DNA of 63,955 nt, filler included, from Octopus bimaculoides (lineage: Eukaryota): the NCBI RefSeq assembly GCF_001194135.2. It is 8 parts of 8 records of this genome, joined end to end, with 100 filler letters (N's around TTAATTAATTAA, not from the genome) between each part and the next. Parts side by side here need not be neighbours in the genome. Positions count along the whole stretch, not along the records: positions 60,346 to 62,786 come from NW_026357364.1; positions 62,887 to 63,955 come from NC_068988.1; 6 more parts are not named here. One strand, given 5' to 3'. Position 1 is the stretch's first letter. Each line of letters begins with the position of its first letter. The notes under the pieces were generated by a model, which saw only the letters and a program-made list of their open reading frames with translations, searched no databases and was not told the DNA's origin. The translations under genes were made by a program, and so were the position numbers. Below are positions 62,163 through 63,955 of this stretch, piece after piece.

Positions 62163-62672
62163 ACGAGAGTTCCGGACCCTAGTAATGAATTCATTTGCAT
62201 ACAGCCAATAAGAGCTCACCTTGATCTTATTGTCAACACACTCTACCAAGTCGACTCAAGACGAAGAGCGGTGTTGTAAGTCGACCGATCGCCAAGTTAT
62301 GCCTGGTTTTAGAAGGAGACAAGTAATTAGATAGATTTGCATCTATACCTATCATCGGATCTTGTTAAGGCCCCATATAGTAAAGACATGAATGGGGAAA
62401 ACGTTGGTAGAGGGTGATGTGCTAGCAACCCTCTCCCCTTACTGTTTTACAATGTAAACAACAACACAAATAACTATGCAGAGGCAGCCATGGTTGAAAC
62501 AAGAACAAGAACAACAAGCATTCTTGAAAGAGAAAAGAAACATGGTCATTCGTTACCCAAGTGACCTTATCTTATCGCCCATCACTTGTTATGCGCTCAT
62601 AAATTAGTTTGATAGTTGAGCTCTGATTGGCTGTATGCAAATGAGTTCATAACTGGGGTCCGGAACTCTCGT
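62163..62672. mobile_element. Non-autonomous DNA transposon with 56-bp TIRs
   Basis: ACGAGAGTTCCGGACCCTAGTAATGAATTCATTTGCATACAGCCAATAAGAGCTCA (62163-62218) vs its inverted copy at 62617-62672, four mismatches. Confidence 0.85.
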
Positions 62673-63169
62673 GGGGAAAAAATTTCGCAGCCCGGACAGT
62701 TTCACCTACGCCTATTTTTATAGAAAATTACTCTTTTACATTTTTACTCTTTTACTTGTTTCAGTCATTTGACTGCGGCCATGCTGNNNNNNNNNNNNNN
62801 NNNNNNNNNNNNNNNNNNNNNNNNNNNNNNTTAATTAATTAANNNNNNNNNNNNNNNNNNNNNNNNNNNNNNNNNNNNNNNNNNNNATATATATATAGGC
62901 GTGGCTGTGTGATAAGTAGCTTGCTTACCAACCACCAGAGTAAGCACATAAATGGGAAACAAAGTCGGAAAAATAGTACTCGAATACCAGAGGTAGAGTA
63001 ATATGCTTTATTAAAAAGCAGCAAAATATCACAAAACTCTTCGTCGCAAGTTTTGTTTAGAATGCAAAATATTTTTTTAATGTTCAAATACCATGATAAA
63101 AAATTTGAAAACCAGACCATGTTTTAACTTTATTCAACTGATATCTATATATATATATATATATATACA

Positions 63170-63939
63170 CACCTCGTCGCATACGGCACTGCTAGAGACA
63201 TGGGTGTTATTGTTGACAAATAAGCTGAAGTTCTCATATAGACATCAAGGTTGACATGGCTCGAAGGACGGGCTCCTGTATCCTCCGGACTTTCTAGTCT
63301 AGAGACGCCCCTACTATTATCCTACTTTTCTCTACTTTTGCTCGCCCTCACCTGTTGTCCGCTGTTGTCCGCTGTGGTCCTCCACCGCCACACGATACAG
63401 AATATTATGAAAATTGAAGCTCCCCAAAGATCAATCACAAAAAGAAAAAAGAACAAAATAGATGACATGACAACCCTTGACTATTGGGATCGACTCAAAA
63501 AGCTCAGTCTTTACTCTCTCCAACGTCGCCGCGTGCACTATATCATTTGTATGATGTGGATATTACATCCGAGACTTGGCCCCCGTGCCATCCGTCCACT
63601 ACAGAAATCATGTTTGTGTCGTATCACAATACTACGACAGAACTATTTCACCTCAACTGGCCCTGCTCTGTTAAACATCATGCCAGTCCACATAAAGGAG
63701 GAAAGTAACTTCACAGCATTCAGGCGGTCTCTGGATGATTACCACCAACAAATACCAGACAGACCACCCGCACCTTGATTTGTCTCCGAAAAGAACAACT
63801 CTCTGCTCGAATGAGCTATGATGCCCAAGAGCTGACTGTGTATCTCTTCCAGGTGGCGCTATTGAATTAGACATGACATGGTTCAACTTCGACCGAAACT
63901 CATTTAAGTAATCTAAGTGATCTAAGTAATCTAAGTAAT
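63170..63939 (+). mobile_element. CR1/L2-type LINE 3' end with tandem-repeat tail
   Basis: IEAPQRSITK...LDYWDRLKKLSLYSLQRRR..YIICMMW...GPALLNIMP...FRRSLDDY.QQIPDRP; (TAAGTAATC)n tail at 63905-63939. Confidence 0.85.
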
Positions 63940-63955
63940 ATATGTGTGTGTGTAT

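Overview
AT-rich, microsatellite-saturated animal genomic DNA from a gappy draft assembly. It is probably a cephalopod such as Octopus; this is inferred from the tRNA-derived SINE families and repeat density, not proven. There are many N gaps, and seven contain an artificial TTAATTAATTAA linker. The only host gene I can support is UBE2M/Ubc12 (NEDD8 E2) on the minus strand. It has three coding exons with canonical GT-AG sites and consistent phases (20322-20427, 13588-13682, 12094-12236), running from the MIRLFSLKQ N-terminal peptide through HPN and the catalytic Cys (GNVCLNIL). I could not find the conserved 3' exons (EDWKP..., EPNPEDPLN...). Directly after exon 3 there is instead a phase-consistent chain of two short introns and two non-homologous candidate exons. 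These would give a 190-aa isoform with a hydrophobic C-terminus; this is the most intriguing, but unproven, observation. The rest is a mix of decayed mobile elements: several SINE families, LINE fragments (RTE, CR1/L2, CRE-like, Hero-like, R4/Dong-like), Penelope-like elements, mariner, pogo/Tigger, hAT MITEs and a Helitron. Several repeats carry minimal hammerhead-ribozyme-like motifs, and there are many inverted repeats able to form long dsRNA. Nearly all long ORFs in the supplied track are microsatellite or gap artefacts.
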